Source of the DNA: a virus
Taxonomy: Duplodnaviria > Caudoviricetes
IMG/VR virus record: IMGVR_UViG_3300042139_000023
DNA length: 64,000 nucleotides
Strand: one strand, 5' to 3'
The translations under genes were made by a program, and so were the position numbers. Below are positions 35,447 through 44,935 of the stretch, piece by piece (within the stretch, counting starts at the first letter, position 1; every line of letters begins with the position of its first letter). The notes beneath the pieces are model-generated. The model searched no databases. It was not told the origin of the DNA and saw only the letters and a program-made list of their open reading frames with translations.

Positions 35447-35845
35447 ATGGCAAATTCATTCGAGACCGGCGGGGAAGTCCTGACGGTCGGCAGCAAGGTC
35501 GTCGTGTTCGACGGCAACAGCCAGCGCGAGCTGGCCATCACCAGCATCGGAACCAAGCGGGTCTTCATCGAGTCGGCGTACGGCTTCAGGCCGGTCCCCT
35601 TCAGCAAGGAGGACCGCACGTCCCAGCAGGGGGCCTACCACCAGTACTTCAAGACGCTGACCGAAGTGGCCCTGGAGCAGGAGCGGGCGGTCGCGAAGTC
35701 CCGCCTGCGCGACCTGGGGATCGAGGCCAGGATTTCCGGCCACGGCAAGGACGGCCTGGACCCCTACTCCGTGGACACGCTGCGCGAGATCGCCGGGATC
35801 CTGGAGGCTGCGAAGCTCAAGTTCGAGCAATCCCAACAAGGTTGA
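35447..35845 (+). CDS. hypothetical protein
   Basis: AGGAG RBS; 132 aa. Confidence 0.75.
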   Translation: MANSFETGGEVLTVGSKVVVFDGNSQRELAITSIGTKRVFIESAYGFRPVPFSKEDRTSQQGAYHQYFKTLTEVALEQERAVAKSRLRDLGIEARISGHGKDGLDPYSVDTLREIAGILEAAKLKFEQSQQG

Positions 35846-35898
35846 GGCATTTCGACCCGGGGCTGTGCTAAGCTGGCCTAGGCCGAAAGGGGAAGTAC

Positions 35899-36207
35899 GT
35901 GCAGACCTTCTACGACAGCACCTACGTGGCGAAGCACCTCGGCGTCAGCAAGTCGACCGTCATCAACTGGGTCGACCGGCCGACGGCGGCCTTCCCCATG
36001 CCTGCCGCATCGGTCCGCTACGGCGACCGGCCCCGTCAGGAGAACCCCTCCTGGACCGGCGACCAGCTCCCGCTTCTGCGCGAGTGGCTGGCACACCGGC
36101 TGGACCTGAGCGACCCGGCGGCGCACTGGGCCCTCATCGACAACGGAGGGCAGCCGCCCGGGGGTCACCAGGATCAGGGCGCCCTCTTCGACTCCGAAGG
36201 AACGTGA
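35899..36207 (+). CDS. HTH (excisionase/AlpA-like) protein
   Basis: STYVAKHLGVSKSTVINW..R...FP.P; perfect GGCCTAGGCC at 35875-35884 just upstream. Confidence 0.65.
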   Translation: MQTFYDSTYVAKHLGVSKSTVINWVDRPTAAFPMPAASVRYGDRPRQENPSWTGDQLPLLREWLAHRLDLSDPAAHWALIDNGGQPPGGHQDQGALFDSEGT

Positions 36208-36353
36208 TGTCCTACCTGGCCAGAATGCTTGTCGTGATGGTTCCGGCGCTCCTGATCAACGAGGAGGTCAACTTCTTCGCGGCGATGACGTGGGTCTTCG
36301 CCTGCTGGATGATCCGCCTCAGCATGTCCGAGAGGATCTGGATCCGCCGATGA
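36207..36353 (+). CDS. small membrane protein
   Basis: TGATG overlap; hydrophobic. Confidence 0.55.
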   Translation: MSYLARMLVVMVPALLINEEVNFFAAMTWVFACWMIRLSMSERIWIRR

Positions 36354-36556
36354 AGCCGCACGAACTGCGCTACGTCTTCGTGGCGATGGTCCTGTCGGTC
36401 GGTGTCGCGTTCGGCATCGCCATCCCTCTGGGAGAGCCCATCGGGCCCTGGGGGTTCACCGCCTACCTGATCACGTTCTACGTGGTCTACCAGAACAGCG
36501 AATGGCTGAACCGGGCGATCGAGAAGATCGCCAACGGAAGGGAGCAGAAGAAGTGA
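36350..36556 (+). CDS. small membrane protein
   Basis: ATGA overlap; two TM-like segments. Confidence 0.6.
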   Translation: MKPHELRYVFVAMVLSVGVAFGIAIPLGEPIGPWGFTAYLITFYVVYQNSEWLNRAIEKIANGREQKK

Positions 36557-36807
36557 AGCCGATCAAGGACGTGGACGACCACCTCGTGGCCCACGACGTC
36601 GCTTCGATCACGGTTGCCGGAGTGCTCGGCGCCGCAGCCGTGGCGGTCACCGGATCGCCCGAGGCGGGTATCGCGGCGGCCGGTGTCATCGCCACCACGG
36701 GCATCGGCGGCATGAAGGTCGGGCCCGTGCGCCGCACCGTCAACCGCGCCGCTCTGGCGGTCGCGGAGATCGGCCCCCTCAAGAAGGTCCCGGGGCGCAA
36801 GTCGTGA
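36553..36807 (+). CDS. small membrane protein
   Basis: GTGA overlap; Ala/Gly-rich hydrophobic core. Confidence 0.6.
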   Translation: MKPIKDVDDHLVAHDVASITVAGVLGAAAVAVTGSPEAGIAAAGVIATTGIGGMKVGPVRRTVNRAALAVAEIGPLKKVPGRKS

Positions 36808-37301
36808 AGGCCGAGGTGCGCACCTTCCCGGTCGAGTGGCTGGAGCGTCACCACATCGCCGTCGAGGGCATGAGCAAGCTCGTCGTGCACCGTGAGTTCG
36901 TCGAGCACCAGGAGTACGGCTCCCTGTGGTCCGTCGTCTTCATGGACGAGGGCCGCTACTGGAAGGCGTCCTACCTGGAGCCGAACACCTCTGCGGTCCA
37001 CGTCGACACCTGGGGCAACGACTTGGACATCCCGGCGGTCGAGGTCCGGCCGGTGCCGAAGTTCGTCACCGAGTGGGTCGCCACCACGTCCAGCCGGGGC
37101 GGCACGTGCAAGGCCGCCCTGACCGAGACATTCAGCGACAAGGTGCTCGGACCCTGTGGTCTCGCCGCGCCGTTCCTGCTGGCCGTCACCAAGGGCAACA
37201 AGGTCGAGAGCCTGGAGCGCTGCGTAGCACATGCGCATCAGATGATGTCCTCGCCCGAGACGTTCCCCCTGATCGAGGAGGTGCGGCGCAGGTGGCACTG
37301 A
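36804..37301 (+). CDS. hypothetical protein
   Basis: GTGA overlap; coding bias. Confidence 0.7.
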   Translation: MKAEVRTFPVEWLERHHIAVEGMSKLVVHREFVEHQEYGSLWSVVFMDEGRYWKASYLEPNTSAVHVDTWGNDLDIPAVEVRPVPKFVTEWVATTSSRGGTCKAALTETFSDKVLGPCGLAAPFLLAVTKGNKVESLERCVAHAHQMMSSPETFPLIEEVRRRWH

Positions 37302-37519
37302 CCCTCATCGGCGACCACGTGTTCCGGGGTGAACGTCACTGCCTCTTCCCGAACTGCGGCCAGCCCGAGGCGGCGCACCGCGAGTCGGCTGACGCCCGGC
37401 TCCCGCAGGTGCCTCACTGGTTCATCGGCATCCGCCTGTGCACCTGCTGCGGCATCGGATTCAACCACCCGTCCCACTGCTTCTCGCCTGCCTGGGCGAG
37501 GGCGGTCCTGAGCCGGTAG
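37292..37519 (+). CDS. small Cys/His-rich hypothetical protein
   Basis: HC..PNCG...H; CTCCG...HPSHC. Confidence 0.55.
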   Translation: MALTLIGDHVFRGERHCLFPNCGQPEAAHRESADARLPQVPHWFIGIRLCTCCGIGFNHPSHCFSPAWARAVLSR

Positions 37520-37535
37520 CCCCCGAGGAGGGGCC

Positions 37536-37745
37536 ATGAATCTCCACATCGACCTGGCGGTACTTCTCGCGATCGTCCTGTTCTTCCGGCTCCGTCCCTC
37601 AGAGGAGCCGCGCAGCTCGGGCAGTGTGCAAGTCACGGCAGTTCTGGTGCTGGTTTTCGGACTCCTCATCGCAGGGACGAACACGGGACAGATCGCTCTC
37701 GACGCGGTCAAGGGCACCGTAGGGATGCTGGGCCAGATCGGCTAG
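37536..37745 (+). CDS. small membrane protein
   Basis: GAGGAGG RBS; two hydrophobic helices. Confidence 0.65.
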   Translation: MNLHIDLAVLLAIVLFFRLRPSEEPRSSGSVQVTAVLVLVFGLLIAGTNTGQIALDAVKGTVGMLGQIG

Positions 37746-37779
37746 AAATAGGCTGGGCGCTCAGCGAGAAAGGAACGCC

Positions 37780-37953
37780 ATGGCCGACACGGAAAGCGAC
37801 CCGGAGCGCATCAGGGTCATACGAGAACTCCTGGCTGAAGCCGAGGGTGAAAGCTCCCACACGATGGAGGACGCGGTCGCCCGGCAAGGAGCCGTGACGT
37901 TCCTGAGCTGGAAGCTGCGCGATGCGGAAAGGATGCAGGCCCATGGAGGGTGA
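37780..37953 (+). CDS. small hypothetical protein
   Basis: AAAGGA RBS; 57 aa; not in ORF track. Confidence 0.5.
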   Translation: MADTESDPERIRVIRELLAEAEGESSHTMEDAVARQGAVTFLSWKLRDAERMQAHGG

Positions 37954-38188
37954 GAATCTGCCGGAAGTCCGGCTGGAATGCCTGGACGAGGAGGCGGCGG
38001 AGAAGGTCATGGAGCACGTTCGTGGAGTGCCCGAGGCCAGGCGAGGAAACAACCACGCCCGCCGCGAAGGGGCGACCATCGTCATCACGTACACCAACAA
38101 GATGTGGCCCTACGACCTGGCCGACATGGCGGGCGAGCTGAGGCTGGCCGGAGATGCGGAGTCGGCGGCGGTGTTCGCATGCCTCTGA
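37943..38188 (+). CDS. hypothetical protein
   Basis: overlaps neighbours in operon fashion. Confidence 0.6.
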   Translation: MEGENLPEVRLECLDEEAAEKVMEHVRGVPEARRGNNHARREGATIVITYTNKMWPYDLADMAGELRLAGDAESAAVFACL

Positions 38189-38508
38189 ACGAACCCTCCG
38201 ACCTGGGTGGCGGCCGTGGCCTGTACATGTACGGCGGCAGCGAGGTGAAGATGCGGGACGGGGGACGCCTGCGCGTGCAGGACTCCTCGGCTGCCGAGAG
38301 TCCGCACCTCCGGCTGTACTTCGAGAAGGGTGAGCATGGAAGCCCGGAGCCGCACCTGAACCTGGAAGCCGTCATCGAGCTGCGCGACCGCCTGAACCAG
38401 GCGATCCGCGCCATCAGGGAAGACTGGGGCGACGCCGTCGTGCGCGCCGCCTACAGGGAGGTCGCCCGTAACCGGGCGGCAGAGCGAGAAGGAGAAGAGA
38501 CGTGCTGA
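38179..38508 (+). CDS. hypothetical protein
   Basis: 3' part of ORF 37978..38508. Confidence 0.65.
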   Translation: MPLNEPSDLGGGRGLYMYGGSEVKMRDGGRLRVQDSSAAESPHLRLYFEKGEHGSPEPHLNLEAVIELRDRLNQAIRAIREDWGDAVVRAAYREVARNRAAEREGEETC

Positions 38509-38786
38509 AGCACGAGGAGGACGCCCGGAAGGTGCACCCGAAGGCTGAGGACTTCCGGCCCGTCATGGCCGGTCTTCCGCTGGCCAAGCGGGTCGTCGGC
38601 TGGACTTTCTCCGTCCCCCGCGACCCCGGGCAGGACTACAGCCACGACGGCTACTCGTGGGTGGACCTCAGCGGCGACGTGCCGAACGACACCTACAACA
38701 CCGAGCATGTGGCCGCGAGCGTCATGAAGGCGCACCTGCGGCAGAAGAACCAGGTGCCCGTGAACGAACTGGAGAAGCGCGCGTGA
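38502..38786 (+). CDS. hypothetical protein
   Basis: AAGGAG RBS. Confidence 0.65.
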   Translation: MLKHEEDARKVHPKAEDFRPVMAGLPLAKRVVGWTFSVPRDPGQDYSHDGYSWVDLSGDVPNDTYNTEHVAASVMKAHLRQKNQVPVNELEKRA

Positions 38787-40429
38787 AGACCCTGCGTCCC
38801 TACCAGGAGGAGACGCGGCGCATCCTGGCCGGAGGTGGCATCAACGCCTCCGGCCTCGGTGCCGGTAAGACCGTCACCAGCGTTGAGGCGGTGCGTCTGC
38901 TCAAGCTCGGCCGCATGCCCCGCGTCCTCGTGGTGGCCCCGATCAACACCCTTGGTCAGTGGCAGCGGACCTTCGAGGAGCAGTTCCCGTCGCTTGCGGA
39001 GAAGGGCCTTACCCGGCTCCTCGGGACGCACCGCAAGGACACCGAGAACTGGACCGCACTGACCTCCCGAGCGAAGCCGCCCGGCGTCTTCATCATCGGA
39101 TGGAACGCCATGCACGGCGGTATACCCGAGGACATCCGGCGCCGGGCGTCCAACGGCCGCAACGCTCTGGCCAAGGAGCCCAAGGCGACCAAGGCGGCTG
39201 CCCTGAAGGCGATGAAGGAGGGCACCGTCCCGCCGTGGACCCGGACCGGAACCTGGGATCTGGTCATCCTCGACGAGTCCCACCGGATGGTGAACCGGCA
39301 CGGCGTCCCCCGTTACGTCCTGAAGTGCATCAAGGCGGACCGCTGGCTCCTCCTGTCGGCCACGCCTGGCGGCAACAAGCCGGAGGGCCTGTGGACCCCG
39401 CTGAACCTGATCTGGCCCGACCGGTATCCGGCGTTCCACGACTGGGCCCGCGCGCACTTCCACATGGACGACAAGAGCTACTACAAGGCGGGCAAGAAGG
39501 TCGAGGTCGAGACCATCGGGGACGAGCTGGTTCCCGGCGGCGTCTGGCGCGACATCCCGGCCGTGGTCCGGTATCGCACGGAAGAGGTCGTTGACCAGCT
39601 TCCGCCGGTCATCGAGCGGGAGATCCTGGTACCGCTCGGCGCTGAGCAGCTTGAGCAGTACCGCGACTTCGAGGGGCAGTCCCTGGCATGGCTGGCTGAT
39701 CAGCCAGTCGCCGCACCGCTACCGGTGGAACAGCGCACCCGACTGCGACAGGCCGCCCTGGGGACGCTTCGGGCCGACGAGGTGACCAGCAGGAAGAAGA
39801 GCTGGGTCACCCCACAGAAGCACTTCGAGCTGCGTATGGACGCCAGGGTGTACGACCTGAAGGTGTTGGAGGAGAAGACCGACGAGGACACCGGCCAGAC
39901 GAAGGTCCACGTCTCCTACGCGATCGACAAGCTGGAGATCTCCTACGAGGAGAACGCCCCGCAGCCGAAGCTGACGGCACTGATCGACCTGCTCGCCGAC
40001 CTTCCTCCAGAGGAGCCCCTTCTGGTGTGGACACACTCCGCACGCTGGGCCCGGATGGCAGAGAAGGCGCTCGGCTCGCAGGCCGTGGCCTGGACGATGA
40101 AGACCACGTCGGCCAAGCGGAAGCAGATCGAGACGGGGTTCGGCACCGAGTGGCGGGTGCTGATCGCTCAGCTCCAGTCCCTCTCGGAGGGCGTGGACTG
40201 GCTGAAGGATGTCTGCCGGTGTGAGGCGATCATCTCCTACACCGAGGACAACGTGATGAACGAGCAGGCGGAGGGGCGCCTGCACCGGCCTGGCCAGACG
40301 TCACCGGTTCAGCGCTGGAGATTCACGAGCGTCGGCACGATCGACGACGAGGTATACCTGAACAACCTGGAGAAGAGGTCCCGGATGGGATCGCTCTACC
40401 GGGACGACTCGGAAAGAGAGAAGGCGTAA
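38783..40429 (+). CDS. SNF2-like superfamily-2 helicase
   Basis: GLGAGKT, VLVVAP, VILDESH, LLSATP, SEGVD, QAEGRLHRPGQ; GTGA overlap. Confidence 0.9.
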   Translation: MKTLRPYQEETRRILAGGGINASGLGAGKTVTSVEAVRLLKLGRMPRVLVVAPINTLGQWQRTFEEQFPSLAEKGLTRLLGTHRKDTENWTALTSRAKPPGVFIIGWNAMHGGIPEDIRRRASNGRNALAKEPKATKAAALKAMKEGTVPPWTRTGTWDLVILDESHRMVNRHGVPRYVLKCIKADRWLLLSATPGGNKPEGLWTPLNLIWPDRYPAFHDWARAHFHMDDKSYYKAGKKVEVETIGDELVPGGVWRDIPAVVRYRTEEVVDQLPPVIEREILVPLGAEQLEQYRDFEGQSLAWLADQPVAAPLPVEQRTRLRQAALGTLRADEVTSRKKSWVTPQKHFELRMDARVYDLKVLEEKTDEDTGQTKVHVSYAIDKLEISYEENAPQPKLTALIDLLADLPPEEPLLVWTHSARWARMAEKALGSQAVAWTMKTTSAKRKQIETGFGTEWRVLIAQLQSLSEGVDWLKDVCRCEAIISYTEDNVMNEQAEGRLHRPGQTSPVQRWRFTSVGTIDDEVYLNNLEKRSRMGSLYRDDSEREKA

Positions 40430-40971
40430 TGCGAACCTGGGAAGCCGACGTCATCGCGGCCAAGGCGCACAAGGATCAGTTCGACAAGAACGGGGTGCCG
40501 TACATCGAGCACGCGCGGGCGGTCTCCGCTGGCCTCGCGTCGTTCTCGGAACCCGTCCGGGTTGCCGGGCTGCTGCACGACGTCGTCGAGGACACCGACG
40601 AGACCCTGGAGTCCCTGCGGGCGGCGGGCGTCACCGAGATCTCCCTGGAGATCATCGACGCGGTCACGAAGGTGCCGGGATCGACGAAGCGTGAGCAGAT
40701 CGAACGGGTCATCCAGGGCGGCTACGCGGCCATGCTGGTGAAGACGAGCGACAACGCCCACAACTCCCTGCCCGATCGCCTCAAGCACCTGGACGGGCCC
40801 ACCAGGGACCGCCTGGAGCGCAAGTACAAGGAGGCCCGGCGGATGATGTGGCCGCACCTGCGCCCCGCCGACATCTACGAGATCCTGCGGATCGTGAACC
40901 CCTCCCTCACCCCCGAGCTGAGCGAGCACGAGGCGGGCCGGAACAAGGGGGTGCGATGGACGGACGAGTGA
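40429..40971 (+). CDS. HD-domain (p)ppGpp hydrolase-like protein (small alarmone hydrolase)
   Basis: AHKDQFDKNGVPYIEH...GLLHDVVEDT...VKTSDNAHN. Confidence 0.75.
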   Translation: MRTWEADVIAAKAHKDQFDKNGVPYIEHARAVSAGLASFSEPVRVAGLLHDVVEDTDETLESLRAAGVTEISLEIIDAVTKVPGSTKREQIERVIQGGYAAMLVKTSDNAHNSLPDRLKHLDGPTRDRLERKYKEARRMMWPHLRPADIYEILRIVNPSLTPELSEHEAGRNKGVRWTDE

Positions 40972-41264
40972 AGCGGCCCGACCTGGACAATCACAAGATC
41001 GCGCTGGCGTGGCTCGAAGGTCTGTCACACCTCGATCTGTCGATCAAGTTCGACTGCTCTCCGCAGACCATCAGCACGCGCCTGGCGAAGGCCCGCAAGG
41101 AGTTCCCGGACCTGCCCTGGGGTGAACGGCAGATCATTCCGGGAAGTACGGCATCCGGCGGTTCCGGCGTGAAGGGCTACCTGCGCATGAACGACGGCAG
41201 GCCGGGCGAGTCGGCCCTTCCTCGGGGATCGATCGTGAACGGCGGCGCCCTGCGCAGGCGGTGA
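40956..41264 (+). CDS. HTH-like hypothetical protein
   Basis: HLDLSIKFDCSPQTISTRL. Confidence 0.6.
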   Translation: MDGRVKRPDLDNHKIALAWLEGLSHLDLSIKFDCSPQTISTRLAKARKEFPDLPWGERQIIPGSTASGGSGVKGYLRMNDGRPGESALPRGSIVNGGALRRR

Positions 41265-41269
41265 ATTCA

Positions 41270-41302
41270 GAAGGGCCCGGCCTCCCCCAGGCCGGGCCCT
41301 TC
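41270..41302. terminator. bidirectional terminator-like hairpin
   Basis: 14-bp GAAGGGCCCGGCCT/AGGCCGGGCCCTTC between convergent genes. Confidence 0.8.
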
Positions 41303-41303
41303 G

Positions 41304-41678
41304 TCAGGTTCCGTTGCGGTTGTACTCGACGATCCTCTCCGGCGGCGCCGGGGGCTCGATGCCATGCGAGCGCATCTGCCCGGTCAGCTCCGAGACGTAC
41401 CAGGAGAACGCCCGGACCAGAGAAGTGAGGCTGTCGATGCGGTTCTCGTGCCGCTCCAGCTTCCTCTCCAGTCCGTCACGGATCTCCCGGAAGGTCGCCA
41501 GATCCTGCTGTCGCTGGGCCGGTTCCGCGTTCGCCACAGCAGTCGCCCGCTGGGCTTCGGCGGTCATCTTGGCAGCCGCCTTGGTGGCGCGGGCGGCAAA
41601 AAGGCCAGAACCGAGGAGCGCAAGTGCCCCCAGAACGGCCCCGACGACGGGCAGGACAGCCCCCCAGTCTTCGCTCAT
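41304..41678 (-). CDS. lysis-cassette membrane/coiled-coil protein
   Basis: N-terminal TM then coiled coil; ATGA overlap. Confidence 0.7.
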   Translation of the reverse strand: MSEDWGAVLPVVGAVLGALALLGSGLFAARATKAAAKMTAEAQRATAVANAEPAQRQQDLATFREIRDGLERKLERHENRIDSLTSLVRAFSWYVSELTGQMRSHGIEPPAPPERIVEYNRNGT

Positions 41679-42109
41679 CTTCGCTCCTTCTGGAGGGTCT
41701 GGCGGGGCACTGAGTACTCAGGTACTGACGCGGCCCACAGGATGATGCCGACGTGGCTTATCGCGTACCACGCGGCGAGGGCGAACCCCCTGGGATAGTC
41801 GCCGGAGACCGCACTCCAGAGGAACGTGGAACCCCACACCAGGGGAGGGATCAGCGCGGTGAAGAACCCGAGCCAATCCCTCCCGATGCGGAGCCAGGCG
41901 CACCCGAAGGTGATGGATCCGCAGATGATCCAGACCGACGACCAGCACTGAACGCCGCCATGCCTGTTGAGGAGTCCCAGACCCACCGGGCTCGGGCCCG
42001 GATCGAGTGCGTACCCCAGGCCGAAGCAGACCTTGCCCAGGCCCAGGAGTACGAGTGCGGTACCACGGCGACCCAGCCTCTTGTACAGCCGCCGGATCGC
42101 CGTGGCCAT
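41675..42109 (-). CDS. lysis-cassette membrane protein
   Basis: four hydrophobic segments; downstream of holin-like gene. Confidence 0.7.
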   Translation of the reverse strand: MATAIRRLYKRLGRRGTALVLLGLGKVCFGLGYALDPGPSPVGLGLLNRHGGVQCWSSVWIICGSITFGCAWLRIGRDWLGFFTALIPPLVWGSTFLWSAVSGDYPRGFALAAWYAISHVGIILWAASVPEYSVPRQTLQKERR

Positions 42110-42486
42110 CAGGCCGCCCGGCTGAAGGCGGTGGGCGCCTTCTGCTCGATCGGTACGGAGACGACGGGCGCCGTGACCCTCTCACGCAGCCACAGCGCGA
42201 CCGCACTCTCGACGATCAGCATCCACAGGGCCTGCTGTTCGGCGCTCATCTCCAGCCCGAAGGCGAGGAACAGGGCCAGCGCACCCTGCGCCAGGTTGAT
42301 CACGGCCGCACCGACGGCGCCCGTCTTCAGGACGACCGCCTCGACGAGCGCGACCACCAGGCTGAGGAAAGCCATGATGGCGCCCTGCATCTCGTCGGAG
42401 ACGTCCAGGCCGTACGCCGACGCCAGCTTCAGCGCGACGGCGATGAAGGCCAGGATGTACACCGGCTCTCTGCCGAAGATCTTCAT
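42109..42486 (-). CDS. holin-like membrane protein
   Basis: MKIFGREPV... with multiple TM segments, directly after endolysin. Confidence 0.65.
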   Translation of the reverse strand: MKIFGREPVYILAFIAVALKLASAYGLDVSDEMQGAIMAFLSLVVALVEAVVLKTGAVGAAVINLAQGALALFLAFGLEMSAEQQALWMLIVESAVALWLRERVTAPVVSVPIEQKAPTAFSRAA

Positions 42487-42503
42487 TGGGCCACCTTTCG
42501 TGG

Positions 42504-43604
42504 TCACGCGACGACGGTGAAACCGTGCTTCTCGCCGAGCCTAGTGAGACTGTCGTTCCCGGGTATGCCATCTGCTGCACCACCCGGAGCCGTACTGGCA
42601 CCCGGGTACAGCTTGAGCTGCCACTTGCGGTACGCCTCGACGGTCGTCGTGCCGAAGTGTCCGTCGAGGTAGGTCTTCGCCAGGAGCCCTTCGTCCACCA
42701 GAGCGGCTTCGACCGTCTTCGTTCCGGCGTACGTGACCGGCTGACCCGACGCCTTCGGGTCGGACTTGGCCGCCGCGACGAGCTGCGACAGGTCGACCTT
42801 CGGCTTCTGCGGCTTCGGCAGGCCGGATCCCTTGGGGACCGTCAGCTCCTGCCCAGGGAAGATCTCGTTCTTGTTCTTGATCTTGTCCTTGTTGGCCGCG
42901 TACAGGGCGTCGACCGTCACGCCCAGGGCCTTCGCGATACCGCTCAGCGTGTCGCCCGGCTTCACGGTGTACGTGGTGCCGGTGGACGGCGGCGGGGTCG
43001 GCTTGTCGGGCCCTGCACCCAGGCGCGAGCGCACGCGCGCACGCATGGAGTCCATGGTGAAGCCCAGCGGGTCCACCTTCCCGGGCTGCCACTCCTTGTG
43101 GCCGATGACCGAGAGCGGGCCCCAGTCGTGGTACCGGCAGATGGCCGCTGCGACCCGTTCGATGGCTTCGAGCTGAGCTGCGGGCCAGGGGTCCTTGCCG
43201 TTGCCCAGGTTCTCGCACTCGAAGCCGTAGAAGGCCCTGTTGCCGTCCACGGTGGCCTCGTTGTCGGCGGGCGCCGAGCGCTCGTCGATGACCGCCTGGA
43301 GTACGTCCGGGTCGCCGAGGCCAGCATGGTTGGCACGGCCGTAGCCAACCAAGTAGACCTTGCCGCTCTTGGCGATCATGCCGTGGCAGAGCGGACCGGG
43401 CAGGCCGGAGTAGCCGTTGTTCACGATGTTGACGGTGTTCTGGGTGCCACTGGTGACGGTGTGATGGATCATCACGCCATGCACGGCACCCCACGGTCCC
43501 TTGCTGTTGCGGTTGTGGGTCTCCCAGTTGCCGACTTCGACAACCTCGACGCCTTCCGCCTTCAGAGCGGCCAGAAATCTGGCTGCGCTCATCGGTGTAG
43601 ACAC
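42504..43604 (-). CDS. endolysin: N-acetylmuramoyl-L-alanine amidase + LysM + peptidoglycan-binding domain
   Basis: VMIHHT, GRANHAG, GFECEN, IGHKEW..K.DP; LysM YTVKPGDTLSGIAKALGVTVDAL..AN; DGHFGTTT..A...WQ. Confidence 0.9.
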   Translation of the reverse strand: MSTPMSAARFLAALKAEGVEVVEVGNWETHNRNSKGPWGAVHGVMIHHTVTSGTQNTVNIVNNGYSGLPGPLCHGMIAKSGKVYLVGYGRANHAGLGDPDVLQAVIDERSAPADNEATVDGNRAFYGFECENLGNGKDPWPAAQLEAIERVAAAICRYHDWGPLSVIGHKEWQPGKVDPLGFTMDSMRARVRSRLGAGPDKPTPPPSTGTTYTVKPGDTLSGIAKALGVTVDALYAANKDKIKNKNEIFPGQELTVPKGSGLPKPQKPKVDLSQLVAAAKSDPKASGQPVTYAGTKTVEAALVDEGLLAKTYLDGHFGTTTVEAYRKWQLKLYPGASTAPGGAADGIPGNDSLTRLGEKHGFTVVA

Positions 43605-43712
43605 GGGTTCCTCCCTCCGTGTGATGGTCATAGCTTCGCACGAATCTACGAAGAAGCGACTCGACAACTTCCCGCTTTCCTGCAATACTGTTTCTAGGAA
43701 AGGGGATTGACC

Positions 43713-44375
43713 GTGAACAAGAAGACCGTAGTGATCGCATCTGGGGCCGCTGGCATCATCCTGGCCGTCTCCGCGTGTGGTACCGACACCTACGACTACG
43801 AGGTTTCCGGCCTCGTGCAGGGGCAGCAGGTCGACTACGACTGCCCCAACGAGCTGTCCATGGACGCCGTCGCGTTCGTGACCGGCAAGGGCGGCGGCGG
43901 AGGCAGGAGCAGCAGCAAGAAGTCCTCCAGCGACAGCAGCAGCTCGGACTCCTCGGACTCCAGCGACAGCAGCAGCACCACCACGAACCGGCAGCAGAAC
44001 CGCTCCTCCGGCACGACGGCTTCGAAGGCGCCCTCCAAGGCTGCCTCGACCCCGGCCTCGAAGGCCCCGTCGACCAGCTCCGGAACGAACCAGCGCAGCT
44101 CCAGCCCGAGCGCCGCGCCGCCCGTCAAGAACAAGGGCGTCAAGCTGAAGAAGAAGCCCGAGAAGCCGCAGAAGCTCAAGGGCAAGAAGCTCCCCAAGGT
44201 GAAGTACAAGTTCAAGCCGAAGGGCTGCGAGACGGAGTACGAGATCTTCGTCCTCGCCGACGACGGCTACCTGTACGAGCAGGACGTCCGCAAGGCCGAC
44301 TACGACAACTGCGTGAAGGCCAAGATCCCGGCCGGGAAGAAGAACAAGCTCTTCCCGCTCTGCACCAAGGGCTGA
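43713..44375 (+). CDS. putative lipoprotein with Ser-rich and Lys-rich linker
   Basis: KK + hydrophobic + LAVSAC lipobox; SSSDSS tract; KKPEKPQKLK tract. Confidence 0.7.
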   Translation: MNKKTVVIASGAAGIILAVSACGTDTYDYEVSGLVQGQQVDYDCPNELSMDAVAFVTGKGGGGGRSSSKKSSSDSSSSDSSDSSDSSSTTTNRQQNRSSGTTASKAPSKAASTPASKAPSTSSGTNQRSSSPSAAPPVKNKGVKLKKKPEKPQKLKGKKLPKVKYKFKPKGCETEYEIFVLADDGYLYEQDVRKADYDNCVKAKIPAGKKNKLFPLCTKG

Positions 44376-44463
44376 TGTCGTACGCGATCGAGTGGGTGGC
44401 CACCCTGGCTGGTTCCGGGGTGGCCGCTCGCGCGTTCCTGTTCCTGAAGGAGAGGGGAAGGCG

Positions 44464-44877
44464 TTGAGCTACACCGGATCGGTGAGCGGGGTGTTCACCA
44501 TCGACCCGCCGCTCCCGTGGTCACAGATCAAGAACAGCCGGTTCTACCTGGACAACAAGCCCGACTCCCGGGACGACCCGAGCGTGGTTCTCGCGGTCGA
44601 GCGTTCCGAAGAGGAGACCGACACCGGCATCTCCACCGTCTTCACGTCGAGCGCGGCCATTCCGTGGCGCGAGTCCTTCGACTGTCGCGACCTGGAGAAG
44701 GACGTGAAGAAGCTGGTCGCCGAGATGACGGAGATCGACAGAACCGTTCAGGGCGTGATGGTGGTCGACGGCGAGTGGGCCGGTGACATCTGGCGCGTCG
44801 TCGCCGACGAGGACGGGGTGCGCAGGGAGAACGCCCGCTTCGTGTGGCCCGACGGAACCGAAGTCCAGTTCAAGTGA
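44464..44877 (+). CDS. hypothetical protein
   Basis: TTG after GGAGAGGGG. Confidence 0.7.
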   Translation: MSYTGSVSGVFTIDPPLPWSQIKNSRFYLDNKPDSRDDPSVVLAVERSEEETDTGISTVFTSSAAIPWRESFDCRDLEKDVKKLVAEMTEIDRTVQGVMVVDGEWAGDIWRVVADEDGVRRENARFVWPDGTEVQFK

Positions 44878-44935
44878 GACCGCCTGGAGGGGCACGGCAT
44901 CACGCCGTGCCCCTCTTTGGCGTGAAGGGAGACCG

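Noticed and set aside
33631-35619. 662-aa minus-strand ORF
   Set aside because: Shadow of the TROVE gene
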